DNA of 55,467 nt, taken from the NCBI GenBank assembly GCA_944331915.1, contig CALVIR010000005.1, forward strand, positions 1 through 55,467, written 5' to 3'. Shown here one piece after another: positions 39,824 through 49,285 of this stretch (its first letter is position 1; each line of letters opens with the position of its first letter). The notes under the pieces are model-generated. The model saw only the letters and a program-made list of their open reading frames with translations. It ran no database searches and had not been told where the DNA came from. Origin of the DNA: an uncultured Bacilli bacterium (lineage in GTDB: Bacteria; Bacillota_I; Bacilli_A; RF39; UBA660). The translations under genes and the position numbers were made by a program.

Positions 39824-41692
39824 ATGAAAGAAAAGGAAAATAAGAAAAGAAAAAGAACAAAGATTTTGATTATTATCTCTTATGTAGTGCTATTTGCTAT
39901 AATTATCGGATTGTCATATGCTTGGTTATATACAGTTATTTATGGCGAAAAAGATATGAATATAGTAGTAGGAGATATCGAACTTGTCTTAAATGAAACT
40001 AATGAAGGGATACAGTTAGTAAATACAATTCCAACTTATGATGATGAAGGTAAAGCAGGTGAACCATATACTTTTACATTAAAGAATAATAGCACTATTC
40101 CCTTATATTATACTTTAGGAGTTGTAGATGATGAGAAAGCGATAAGTGCATGTGAAACTGATAGTGGGGGAAGCTGTGAGTTATTAGATAGTAGAGATGT
40201 TAGATATGAATTAAAGATGGGAGATAGAACATTTACAGGAACTTTATCTGATTCATATATAATGAGTTATGGAATAATTAATGCTGATGAAGAGGTAGAT
40301 TGTGAACTTAGGATTTGGCTTAATATAAATGCTAATAATGAAGCGATAGGAAAAGTATTTTTAGGAAAATTAAAAGTCTTTGCATCACAACAAGTAGCAG
40401 ATGCTGATTTTGAACAAGGAACAGATAATGTTAATGCTCCAGTAATGGATGATAATATGATAGCAGTTAAACATGATGGATATAACTGGGTTAAAACAGA
40501 TACTGATAATAACTGGTATAACTATGATATGGGAATATGGGCAAATGCTGTGACTGTAAAAAGTGATAAGTTAGCAGAATACCAGAGTGCAGCAGTTGGA
40601 ACAACAATAAATATGGATGATATTGAAACAATGTGGGTATGGATTCCAAGATATAGTTATACAATTGGTAGTGAAAATGGTGGTGCTAGTTACTACGGTA
40701 AGAAAGGAATATACTTAGATAGTACACCAACGGCAGCTCAACCAGGAGAGATAGATATTAAGTTTATAGATACTAATACTAAAGATACAGGTAATGCTAA
40801 ATATCTTGCAACAGAGACACCAAAGAACTATCGGACACCAGATGCTTTTACCTATGACGGAAAAGAATTACCAGGAATTTGGGTAGGAAAGTTTGAAACA
40901 AGTAGTAGTAATCCAAATGCTAGTTATGGAGGAAGCAATAATACAAGTTTAGATCCCATGATAAAGCCAAATGTAACGAGTTGGAGAAATATAAATGTAA
41001 GTAATATTCATACTGTAGCGACAAAGGTAAGTGCAGCAGGAAATAGATATGGATTTAGTGAAAGTATGAACTCACATGCGATGAAGAACAGTGAATGGGG
41101 AGTAGTAGCATATTTATCACAAAGTAGATATGGTAAGTTAGGAAATGAAAACTTTACAGGAGCTAATAAAGAGGTATATCAGAATAAGAGTGATCAATTC
41201 ATAACAGGATGTAGTTATGGAAGCCCAAGTAATGGAAATACTGATTATGGATGTCAGTATAGGTATGATAATAATGTAAGAGATGAGACAGGATTTATAG
41301 GAAAAGGAGTAGGAGCAAGTACTACAGGAACGATATATGGAGTATACGATATGTCAGGAGGAGCTTGGGAATATGTAATGGGTAACTATAATGATACAAT
41401 AGGTAGTTCCGGATTCTCAGCAATGCCAGATGCCAAATACTATGATAAATATACAAGTGATAATGCAAGACTTGCATGTAATGGAGAAGAATGTTTAAGC
41501 CATGGTTTAAGTGAGACAGCAGGATGGTATAGTGATGTGCAGAATATGATAAGTGCTGAATACCCATGGTTTGGGCGCGGCGGTTACTATGACTATGCCG
41601 CTTTTGCTGGTGTGTTCTACTTCGGTTGTAGCTCTGCTGGTGGTAGCATCGGCGCTTCGTTCTGCCTCGTGATGAGTGCGACTAGTCCGTAA
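39824..41692 (+). CDS. Secreted/surface protein with a SipW/TasA-type N-terminal region and a C-terminal FGE/C-type-lectin-like domain (DGR-target-like)
   Basis: The N-terminus IIIGLSYAWLYT....VVGDIELVLN parallels that of ORF 19194. The C-terminal domain contains GVYDMSGGAWEYV (FGE-like) and ends RGGYYDYAAFAGVFYFGCSSAGGSIGASFCLV. Confidence 0.75.
   Translation: MKEKENKKRKRTKILIIISYVVLFAIIIGLSYAWLYTVIYGEKDMNIVVGDIELVLNETNEGIQLVNTIPTYDDEGKAGEPYTFTLKNNSTIPLYYTLGVVDDEKAISACETDSGGSCELLDSRDVRYELKMGDRTFTGTLSDSYIMSYGIINADEEVDCELRIWLNINANNEAIGKVFLGKLKVFASQQVADADFEQGTDNVNAPVMDDNMIAVKHDGYNWVKTDTDNNWYNYDMGIWANAVTVKSDKLAEYQSAAVGTTINMDDIETMWVWIPRYSYTIGSENGGASYYGKKGIYLDSTPTAAQPGEIDIKFIDTNTKDTGNAKYLATETPKNYRTPDAFTYDGKELPGIWVGKFETSSSNPNASYGGSNNTSLDPMIKPNVTSWRNINVSNIHTVATKVSAAGNRYGFSESMNSHAMKNSEWGVVAYLSQSRYGKLGNENFTGANKEVYQNKSDQFITGCSYGSPSNGNTDYGCQYRYDNNVRDETGFIGKGVGASTTGTIYGVYDMSGGAWEYVMGNYNDTIGSSGFSAMPDAKYYDKYTSDNARLACNGEECLSHGLSETAGWYSDVQNMISAEYPWFGRGGYYDYAAFAGVFYFGCSSAGGSIGASFCLVMSATSP
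41573..41689 (+). other. Candidate DGR variable region (VR)
   Basis: By hand count it is about 57% G+C and about 10% A (12 of 117 nt), against a roughly 30% GC background. There is an abrupt codon-usage switch. The variable-looking residues are all NNY codons within a conserved RGG..A.AG.F....G..F.LV scaffold. Confidence 0.6.
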
Positions 41693-41725
41693 GGACTATG
41701 TCAAACGAATAGAGGCTTGGACGAA

Positions 41726-41762
41726 CTTAAGCAAATTATAGTCATGCTATGATTTGCTTAAG
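41726..41762 (+). other. Inverted repeat / hairpin downstream of the VR
   Basis: CTTAAGCAAAT (41726-41736) pairs with ATTTGCTTAAG (41752-41762), with further ATAG/CTAT pairing inside. No T-run follows. Confidence 0.45.
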
Positions 41763-41884
41763 CAGTATTAGAAATATTTAATTAGGAAGAGGATTGGAAG
41801 AGTTATAGATTTTTAGGTTTATAGCTCTTTTATTTTGGTTTTGATTATGATAAAATATAAGAGAATAAAAGGACGGGTGATGAT

Positions 41885-44308
41885 ATGTATCCTTTAGGTA
41901 AACAGTTTGAGGTTGATAGTAGTAAAGCTAAAAGTGATGATAAATGTATATATAAAGGTAAGCATTATCGAATTACAGTTTTAAGTGAACGTCTTGTTAG
42001 ACTTGAATACAGTCCTAGTGGTGTTTTTGTTGATGCTCCTAGCCAGTTAGTTATTAATAGAGCTTTTACGTACCCTGAATATAAGACAAGACAAGATGGA
42101 AAATTCTTAGAGATTACAACTAAATATTTTCGTCTTACTTATGTGAAAGAAGCACCTTTTACGGGTTCGAAAATAGATCCAATGAAGAATTTAAAAATAT
42201 CTTTGTTTATGGGAGAAAAAGAAAATGAACGTGATTGGTATTATGGTCATCCTGAGGTACGTAATTTAAATGGTAATATGATTAGTGAAGATATTAAGAC
42301 ACCTAGAGTTTTGAAACGAGGACTTTACTCTTTGGAAGGCTTTGCTAGTATTGATGACAGTTATAGTCTTCTGTTTAATCCTGATGGAACTATGTATGCT
42401 AGAGAAAAGGGTAGTGTGGATATATATGTGTTCCTCTATAAAGATGATTTTGATTTAGCTTTAAAAGACTACTTTAAACTTACAGGTAATCCAGAACTTA
42501 TTCCACGTTATGCTCTTGGAAATTGGTGGAGTCGTAATACTACCTATAGTGAAGAGAGTGTTAAAGAATTAGTTAGTAACTTTGAAAGAAGAAATATACC
42601 ATTGGCAGTTCTTCTTTTAGATAAAGATTGGCATTATCGGGATGTTGGTAATAATAGAGGTTTACATACAGGGTTTACCTTTAATAAATCATTATTTCCT
42701 AATCCTTCTGAGACAGCTAAATTTTTACATTCTCATAATGTTCGATTAGGTCTTGAGATTGACCCTACAGAAGGGTTTTATCCTCATGAAACATATTATA
42801 AAGAAGCTTGTTCTTATCTTGGAATTAATGATAATAAAATAATAGTTTTTGATCCGTTAAATCCTAAATTACTAGATGTTTACTTTAAACTTTTCTTACA
42901 TCCTTTAGAGGCTTTAGGAGTTGATTTCTTTTGGCATGATTATATGGGTGATAAACAAGCGTTGAAACTTTTAGCATATAATCATTATAACTATAAAGAT
43001 ATTGGTAGAAATCCCGCTAAAAGAAGCATTATGTTAAGTCGTAGTGGTGTCTTTGCAGCTCACCGTTATCCAATTCTTTATGCTGGTAGTACAGAGGTGT
43101 CTTGGGAAGGATTAAGAGAAATATCAGCTAGTAATATGGCCGCTAGTAATATTGGGGTGTCTTTCTGGAGTCATGATGTTGGTGGTAATCATGGAGGAAT
43201 TGAAGAAAGTGAATTATATATTCGTTATGTAGAACTTGGAACTTTCAGTCCTATTTTAAGATTCCATGCGGCTAGGGGTAATTACTATAAAAGAGAACCT
43301 TGGAGATGGGATATTAAAACAGAAACAATTGTTAACGATTATTTACGATTAAGACATAGACTTATACCTTATCTATATACAGAGAGTTATAATTACTATA
43401 AGAATGCGAAAGTATTAATAGAGCCTTTTTACTATAAATATAAATGGGTAATTGATGATAATAATTATAAGTATCAATACTTTTTAGGTAGTTCTTTATT
43501 AGTTTGTCCTATCCTTACAAAAAAAGATCTTGTTATGAATAGGACTATTCATCGTTTTTATATGCCAGAAGGGATTTGGTATGACTTTAAAACAGGTAAG
43601 AAATTTCCTGGTAATAAAAAATACGTATCATTCTATAAAGAAGAAGATTATCCTGTCTTTGCAAGAGCAGGTTCAGTAATTCCTTTATCTAATAGAAGTG
43701 ATGTTAATAACGTAGGACTTCCTCTAGACTTAGAGATTCATATCTTCCCTGGTGTTTCGACAACTTATACACTTTATGAAGATGATGGACTTACATCCTT
43801 ATATAAAGAAGGTTACTACTTAAAAACAGATATTGACTATAACTATATGCAGAATAATTATACCGTTATAGTTAGATCAGTAGAAGGTAAAAGTGGTATT
43901 GTACCGATGAGAAGAAACTATAAGTTTAGATTTAGAAATACTAAGAAAGCAGAAGATGTTAAAGCATATTATAATGAAAAAGAAATTAAAATAGAAGATA
44001 TGTATATAGAAGAAAATGACTTTGTGGTTGTTGTTAATAATGTTAATACGATTGGACAGTTAACGATCAATTGTAAAGGTAAAGATATTGAGATTGATGC
44101 GGTTAGACTTATAAATGAAGATATAGATAGTATTTTAATGGATTTACAAATAGATACGTATTTAAAAGAGAAACTAGCTGGTATTATTTTTAGTGATATT
44201 CCAATTAAGAAAAAAAGAATTGCAATTAGAAAATTAAGACGTAGTGGTCTATCTAAAGAGCATATGAAATTGTTCCTAAAACTTATGGAATATATAGAGA
44301 GTGTATAG
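41885..44308 (+). CDS. Glycoside hydrolase family 31 (alpha-glucosidase/alpha-xylosidase-like)
   Basis: 807 aa. The blocks IPRYALGNWWSR, LLLDKDWH, GVDFFWHDYMGD and WSHDVGG resemble the GH31 catalytic core. Confidence 0.8.
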   Translation: MYPLGKQFEVDSSKAKSDDKCIYKGKHYRITVLSERLVRLEYSPSGVFVDAPSQLVINRAFTYPEYKTRQDGKFLEITTKYFRLTYVKEAPFTGSKIDPMKNLKISLFMGEKENERDWYYGHPEVRNLNGNMISEDIKTPRVLKRGLYSLEGFASIDDSYSLLFNPDGTMYAREKGSVDIYVFLYKDDFDLALKDYFKLTGNPELIPRYALGNWWSRNTTYSEESVKELVSNFERRNIPLAVLLLDKDWHYRDVGNNRGLHTGFTFNKSLFPNPSETAKFLHSHNVRLGLEIDPTEGFYPHETYYKEACSYLGINDNKIIVFDPLNPKLLDVYFKLFLHPLEALGVDFFWHDYMGDKQALKLLAYNHYNYKDIGRNPAKRSIMLSRSGVFAAHRYPILYAGSTEVSWEGLREISASNMAASNIGVSFWSHDVGGNHGGIEESELYIRYVELGTFSPILRFHAARGNYYKREPWRWDIKTETIVNDYLRLRHRLIPYLYTESYNYYKNAKVLIEPFYYKYKWVIDDNNYKYQYFLGSSLLVCPILTKKDLVMNRTIHRFYMPEGIWYDFKTGKKFPGNKKYVSFYKEEDYPVFARAGSVIPLSNRSDVNNVGLPLDLEIHIFPGVSTTYTLYEDDGLTSLYKEGYYLKTDIDYNYMQNNYTVIVRSVEGKSGIVPMRRNYKFRFRNTKKAEDVKAYYNEKEIKIEDMYIEENDFVVVVNNVNTIGQLTINCKGKDIEIDAVRLINEDIDSILMDLQIDTYLKEKLAGIIFSDIPIKKKRIAIRKLRRSGLSKEHMKLFLKLMEYIESV

Positions 44309-44311
44309 ACT

Positions 44312-44692
44312 ATGAAAAAGTTAGTATTAGGAATAATTCTAGTTGTTGTTATTTCATTTATTGTTCATTATGTCTATCTGTCTAAAAATAATTATCTTTT
44401 TAAAGTAGAAGATATCTCTTGCTTTTGTGCTGTTAATACTCTATATGTCTATAAAGATAAAGATTATCAAATAGTAAATAGAGATGGTGAGGTTGTAGAT
44501 AGTGGAGAGGTCCCTTATAAAAATAGTATGGATTATCTTGTTAAAATGATAAAAAGCTATGACAAGGGATCTTATGGATATAATTATAAAGTTTCTTTTG
44601 CTAATGGATATATATATAAAATAAGTATAACTGAAAGTGATGAGTTAAATGAATTTATTAGTTTAATAGGCACTAAAATTTTTAAAAATTAA
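44312..44692 (+). CDS. Hypothetical membrane-anchored protein
   Basis: 126 aa with an N-terminal TM helix. It starts 3 nt after the GH31 stop. Confidence 0.5.
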   Translation: MKKLVLGIILVVVISFIVHYVYLSKNNYLFKVEDISCFCAVNTLYVYKDKDYQIVNRDGEVVDSGEVPYKNSMDYLVKMIKSYDKGSYGYNYKVSFANGYIYKISITESDELNEFISLIGTKIFKN

Positions 44693-44805
44693 AGGTAGAA
44701 TATTTGGTTCTATCTTTTGTTTGCCTCTAAAATTCTTTGCCTAATATGAAGAATAACGTTATAATATTAAAAAGAGAAACGTTATCAGGAAGGGTGGTGT
44801 TTATT

Positions 44806-45558
44806 TTGAAAGCGATGGTTACAGGTGCTAGTAGTGGAATTGGACGTGATATAGCACTTTATCTAGCTAGTCTTTCTTATGATTTAATTCTAGTTGGTAG
44901 AGATAAAGAGAAACTAGAAGAGTTGAAAGATAAGATTAAAACAAAAGTAAAAATTATTATCGTTGATCTAAGTAATGAACAGAAGGTTAAAGAACTCTAT
45001 GTTTTGACGAAAAATGAAAATATTGATTTATTAGTTAATAATGCTGGGTTTGGAGTATTTGGAGAGTTTGTTAGTACTGATATAAATGAAGAATTTAAGA
45101 TGCTTGATGTTAATGTTAGAGCAGTTCATTTATTAACAAAATTATTTTTAAAAGATATGGTTAAAAAAGATGAAGGTATGATTTTAAATGTGGCTAGTAG
45201 TGCTTCTTTTATGGCAGGACCTTTATTTAGTAGTTATTATGCTAGTAAGAGTTATGTTTATAGACTTAGTTTGGCAATTAATGAAGAGTTAAGAAGAAAA
45301 AGAAGCAAAGTAAAAATTGCGGTTTTATGTCCAGGACCAGTGGATACTAATTTTAATAAAAGAGCTGGAGTTAGATTTACAATTAAAGCTTTAAAAAGTG
45401 ATTATGTAGCAAAGTATGCGATTGATAAACTTATGAAGGGGAAAACTATTATTATACCGGGTGTAAAGATGAAATTTGTTAAGTTTGGGGTTAGATTTTT
45501 ATCAGATAAATTTGTCGCTAGACTTACTTATAATATTCAAAAGAAGAAGGTTAAATAG
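44806..45558 (+). CDS. Short-chain dehydrogenase/reductase (SDR)
   Basis: The TGASSGIG cofactor motif, NNAG and YxxxK (YYASKSY). The start is placed at the TTG at 44806 behind GGAAGGGTGG (the track starts at 44737). Confidence 0.85.
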   Translation: MKAMVTGASSGIGRDIALYLASLSYDLILVGRDKEKLEELKDKIKTKVKIIIVDLSNEQKVKELYVLTKNENIDLLVNNAGFGVFGEFVSTDINEEFKMLDVNVRAVHLLTKLFLKDMVKKDEGMILNVASSASFMAGPLFSSYYASKSYVYRLSLAINEELRRKRSKVKIAVLCPGPVDTNFNKRAGVRFTIKALKSDYVAKYAIDKLMKGKTIIIPGVKMKFVKFGVRFLSDKFVARLTYNIQKKKVK

Positions 45559-46346
45559 TGAACTTATTAGAAATTTCTAATTTAACAATAGGACCTTTTA
45601 ATAAGTTTTCCTTAGGGTTTAAAGCTAATTCTTTTTCAATAATAGTAGGTAGTAATAATAGTGGAAAAACTCTACTTATAAAAGTATTGAGTGGACTTGT
45701 TAGTACGAAAAATAAAGTACTATATAATGATAAAGCTTTGGAAAATTATCTTGGTACAGCCTTAAATAAAGATATTGTGGTGATACTTGATGATTTTTCC
45801 TTTACATTTGAAACAGTAATAGATGAGATTCGTTATCCTTTAGAGCAGTGCGAAGAAGATGATATGACGATAAATAAATTAGTTAAAGATATTGGTAAAG
45901 ATATGAAAATAACTAATATCTTAAATAAAAATATAGCAGAGCTTAACTTTTATGAAAAATTAAGAGTTGTTTTAGCAGCTAATCTTGTTAGTAGTCCTAA
46001 AATATTACTTATAGATGATCCAGCTAAGTTTTTAAATCGTTATGAAAAAGAGGAACTAGTTAGTATATTTAATCATTTACAAACAATGGGAATGACAATT
46101 ATTATGACAAGTTCTTCTTTAGAAGAGACTATTTATACAGTTAATAGTACACTTTATATCCTAGATAATGGCAAGATAATTAGTTCTGGGGATATTTTTG
46201 AGGTGCTTAGTAATGATAGTTTAATTAATAAAGCAGGTTTAGAATTACCTTTTATGGTAGATTTGTCAGTTAAATTAAAATACTATAATCTTGTGGATAA
46301 AATCTTTTTAAATCCCGTAAGGTTGGTGGATACAATATGGAAATAA
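45558..46346 (+). CDS. EcfA-like ABC ATPase with degenerate catalytic motifs
   Basis: Walker A GSNNSGKT is intact. The signature is LNFYEK instead of LSGGQ, Walker B is LLIDDP (no catalytic Glu) and the H-loop His is absent (TSSSLEE). Confidence 0.75.
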   Translation: MNLLEISNLTIGPFNKFSLGFKANSFSIIVGSNNSGKTLLIKVLSGLVSTKNKVLYNDKALENYLGTALNKDIVVILDDFSFTFETVIDEIRYPLEQCEEDDMTINKLVKDIGKDMKITNILNKNIAELNFYEKLRVVLAANLVSSPKILLIDDPAKFLNRYEKEELVSIFNHLQTMGMTIIMTSSSLEETIYTVNSTLYILDNGKIISSGDIFEVLSNDSLINKAGLELPFMVDLSVKLKYYNLVDKIFLNPVRLVDTIWK

Positions 46347-47134
46347 GATTTTCTCATGTTAGTGGGTTAGGACTCAATGACTTGTCTTTTGTAATTCCTA
46401 AAGGTGAAATAACGGGAATATATGGAGATAAAGGTAAAGAGTTATTAACTTTACTATCTTTACAAGAAGAAAGTAAAGGGATTATTTATTTTAATAAGAT
46501 TAGAAAACTTAAACGGAATAGTTATTTGTTTAGAAAAGATATTGGACTTGTAAGAGAAAGATTTGAAAAACAATTTGCTATAGATGGGGTTTATGAATAC
46601 TTTGTTTACTATATTAGATATCATAAAATAAAAGTAAAAGATGTTACAAAGAAAATAAAAGATGCAGTTAAATTAGTAGGGTTATCTGTAGCGATATTAG
46701 AAAGAAAGTTTTCAACTCTTACTTATAGTGAAGAAAAACTGCTTTCTTTAGCTTTGGCTTTACTTAGTAATCCGAAAGTCTTATTATTAGAAGAGCCATT
46801 TAGAGGATATGATATAAATAATAAAAAAAGAGTTAGTAGAATACTTTATAAATTACAAGAAAAATATCAGAAAACAATTGTTATTTATAGTAGTGATTCT
46901 AATACTTTATATCAATATACAACAAATTTAATTGTGCTTAATAAAGATAAAGTAGTATTAGAAGGAAAGAGTAAAGACTTGTTTTTTGAGAGTGATTTCT
47001 TCTCTTCTAAAACATTAGAAAGACCAGAGATAGTAGCTTTTATTAGATTAGTAAAAGAAAAAACAGGTATTGATTTACCAAGAAGAGCAGATGTAAAAGA
47101 TGTTATTAAAGATGTTTATTGGAATGCGAGGTGA
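46337..47134 (+). CDS. Second EcfA-like ABC ATPase paralogue, strongly degenerate
   Basis: Walker A reads GDKGKE (no Ser/Thr), the signature is LTYSEEK, Walker B is LLLEEP and no H-loop His is visible. It overlaps the previous gene by 10 nt. Confidence 0.7.
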   Translation: MEIRFSHVSGLGLNDLSFVIPKGEITGIYGDKGKELLTLLSLQEESKGIIYFNKIRKLKRNSYLFRKDIGLVRERFEKQFAIDGVYEYFVYYIRYHKIKVKDVTKKIKDAVKLVGLSVAILERKFSTLTYSEEKLLSLALALLSNPKVLLLEEPFRGYDINNKKRVSRILYKLQEKYQKTIVIYSSDSNTLYQYTTNLIVLNKDKVVLEGKSKDLFFESDFFSSKTLERPEIVAFIRLVKEKTGIDLPRRADVKDVIKDVYWNAR

Positions 47135-47139
47135 AATAA

Positions 47140-47880
47140 TTGCGATACTTAATAAGATTTAGTTATGATGGCTCTAATTATAAAGGGTATCAAAGACAAG
47201 GTGAGTTTAAGACTATTCAAAGAGAATTAGAAGAAGCAGCGACGAAGATCAATAATAATAAAGTAGTTAGTGTAGTGGCAGTGGGAAGAACAGATCGTGG
47301 TGTTCATGCCTTGGATCAAGTAGCGACATTAGATATAGATGTTGTTATTACACCATATAAACTTAAAAGGGCGCTTAATAGTAATTTACCAGATGATATT
47401 CATATAAATGAGGTAAAAGAGGTAAGTGATGATTACTTTGTACGAGGTCATGTTAGATGTAAACAGTATAATTATTATATAAATATGGGAGAATATAATC
47501 CTATTATGCGTAATTATGTTTATCAACATTGTTATTATCTTGATGTTAATAAAATGTATGAAGCGATACAATATTTGGAAGGTGAACATGACTTTAGAGC
47601 GTTTGTAACAGAGAATAAAGTTAAAGAAAATTGTATAAGAAATATTTATGAAGCTTCTATTGAGGTTGATGATGACATTGTCAAAATTAGTTTTATAGGT
47701 AATGGGTTCTTACGATATCAAGTGCGGAATATGGTTGGAGCTTTACTTAAAGTAGGGACAGGAAAGATAGAACCATATGTCGTTAAAGAGATTCTTGATA
47801 GTAAAGAAAGAGGTAAGAATGGAGCGACTGCTAAAGCATGTGGTTTATACCTTGTTAAAACCTCTTTGGAGGATGAATAA
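47140..47880 (+). CDS. truA: tRNA pseudouridine(38-40) synthase TruA
   Basis: The YDGSNYKGYQRQ N-terminus, the catalytic GRTDRGVHA and FLRYQVRNMVG. TTG start. Confidence 0.9.
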   Translation: MRYLIRFSYDGSNYKGYQRQGEFKTIQRELEEAATKINNNKVVSVVAVGRTDRGVHALDQVATLDIDVVITPYKLKRALNSNLPDDIHINEVKEVSDDYFVRGHVRCKQYNYYINMGEYNPIMRNYVYQHCYYLDVNKMYEAIQYLEGEHDFRAFVTENKVKENCIRNIYEASIEVDDDIVKISFIGNGFLRYQVRNMVGALLKVGTGKIEPYVVKEILDSKERGKNGATAKACGLYLVKTSLEDE

Positions 47881-48617
47881 TGATTGGACTGTTAGATTCA
47901 GGTCTTGGGGGAGTTAGTGTTTTAAGAGAAATAATTAAAGTGATACCTAAAGGACATTTTATATATTATAGTGATTCATTAAATAATCCTTATGGAAATA
48001 AGAGTGAAGAAGAGGTTTATTTGCTAGTTAAAGATATTGTCAATTATTTTATAGAAAGAGGAGTAAAAGCGATTGTGATTGCTTGTAATACAGCTAGTGC
48101 GATATGTGTAAAGAGATTAAGAGAAGAGTATAAAGATATCTTGTTTATTGCTATAGAACCAGCTTATAAAATGGTTCATGATTATAATCCTTTGGGAAAG
48201 ACTTTAGTAATGGCAACAGTAGGGACGCTTAAAAGTGAAAAGTTTCTTGCTTTATATCATAAATATGATAATCAGAAAACAAGTTTATTACCTTGTGAAT
48301 CTTTAGCGGAACTTATAGAAGAAGATAAAGGTGAGGAGATTGATAGATATTTAGAAGAACAGTTAAAGGCTTATAAGGATGTAGATAATGTGGTTTTAGG
48401 TTGTACGCATTATCCTTTAATTAAAGATAAAATAAAAAAAGTCCTCGGGAGTGTTAAGTTCTTTGATGGAGCGATAGGGGTTAGTAAAGAACTTGTTAGA
48501 CAACTAGAACTTAGAGGACTTGATTATAAAAATGAAAAGTTACAAATAGAATTTATTGATTCTAGTGGAGATAATAATAAATATGCAAGATTTAAAAAGT
48601 ATTTAGAGCTTAATTAG
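47880..48617 (+). CDS. murI: Glutamate racemase
   Basis: DSGLGGVSVL, ACNTAS and GCTHYP catalytic-Cys motifs. Confidence 0.9.
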   Translation: MIGLLDSGLGGVSVLREIIKVIPKGHFIYYSDSLNNPYGNKSEEEVYLLVKDIVNYFIERGVKAIVIACNTASAICVKRLREEYKDILFIAIEPAYKMVHDYNPLGKTLVMATVGTLKSEKFLALYHKYDNQKTSLLPCESLAELIEEDKGEEIDRYLEEQLKAYKDVDNVVLGCTHYPLIKDKIKKVLGSVKFFDGAIGVSKELVRQLELRGLDYKNEKLQIEFIDSSGDNNKYARFKKYLELN

Positions 48618-49224
48618 TTTTTTTACGCATTCTTTTGCTATAGACTTTGTCGAAATAGCATTTACCACAAAGAGGAGTGTAAGAAATATTGTGGTTTTCG
48701 CCATCTATTTCAATTTCTTCACCATTCATAGTGTAAACGCCATTTACAAGACGGGCGTTAAATTTAGCAGGAGCACCACATGGGCAAAGAGAGTTACTAT
48801 CTAATTCAATTATTTCATCAGCTTTAGCGATAAGATGTGATGAGCCTTCAAAAAGAGTACCTTGAAAATTACTCTTAAGACCAAAACAGGTAATAGGAAT
48901 ATTGATGTTTTTGTTAATCTCCCATAACTCTTCAACTTGTTCTTTCTCTAAAAATTGGGCTTCATCTACTAAAATATGATTACAATACCAAATATCTTTA
49001 ATGTGTTTTTCTGATAATAACCTTTCTCCTGGTTTTAGTAAAATATCAACTTTTCGGGTTTGATTTTGTCTATTAATAATTTCATCATTACCTTTAGTAT
49101 CAACTAGAGGTTTAATTAACAAGACACTTTGGCCATTTTCTTCTAAATCATGAATTTTCTGAAGGATTCTTGTCGTTTTTCCACCTTTCATAGCACTATA
49201 ATAAAATATAAATTTCTCTTGCAT
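48610..49224 (-). CDS. tdk: Thymidine kinase
   Basis: The P-loop SAMKGGKTT, VDEAQF and the C-terminal zinc ribbons CPCG...CGKC. The start is taken at the internal ATG (MQEKFIF..). It converges on and overlaps the murI stop by 8 nt. Confidence 0.9.
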   Translation of the reverse strand: MQEKFIFYYSAMKGGKTTRILQKIHDLEENGQSVLLIKPLVDTKGNDEIINRQNQTRKVDILLKPGERLLSEKHIKDIWYCNHILVDEAQFLEKEQVEELWEINKNINIPITCFGLKSNFQGTLFEGSSHLIAKADEIIELDSNSLCPCGAPAKFNARLVNGVYTMNGEEIEIDGENHNISYTPLCGKCYFDKVYSKRMRKKTN

Positions 49225-49285
49225 AATAAATCGACACCACCATTTCATTTTTATTATATATACTTTTTAATTATAAAACAATATT

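Noticed and set aside
41322-41567. 81-aa minus-strand ORF just upstream of the GC-rich cassette
   Set aside because: It is antisense to the FGE-like domain coding region. The His/Leu/Tyr-rich translation looks like nonsense, and it is not an RT or Avd candidate.
39504-41884. DGR template repeat, Avd or RT adjacent to the candidate VR
   Set aside because: The flanks hold only a 35-codon ORF upstream and a GH31 gene downstream. Scanning the window by eye for the VR invariant strings (GGCGCTTCGTTC, GCCGCT...GCTGG) found no second copy. The cognate machinery, if any, is outside this window.
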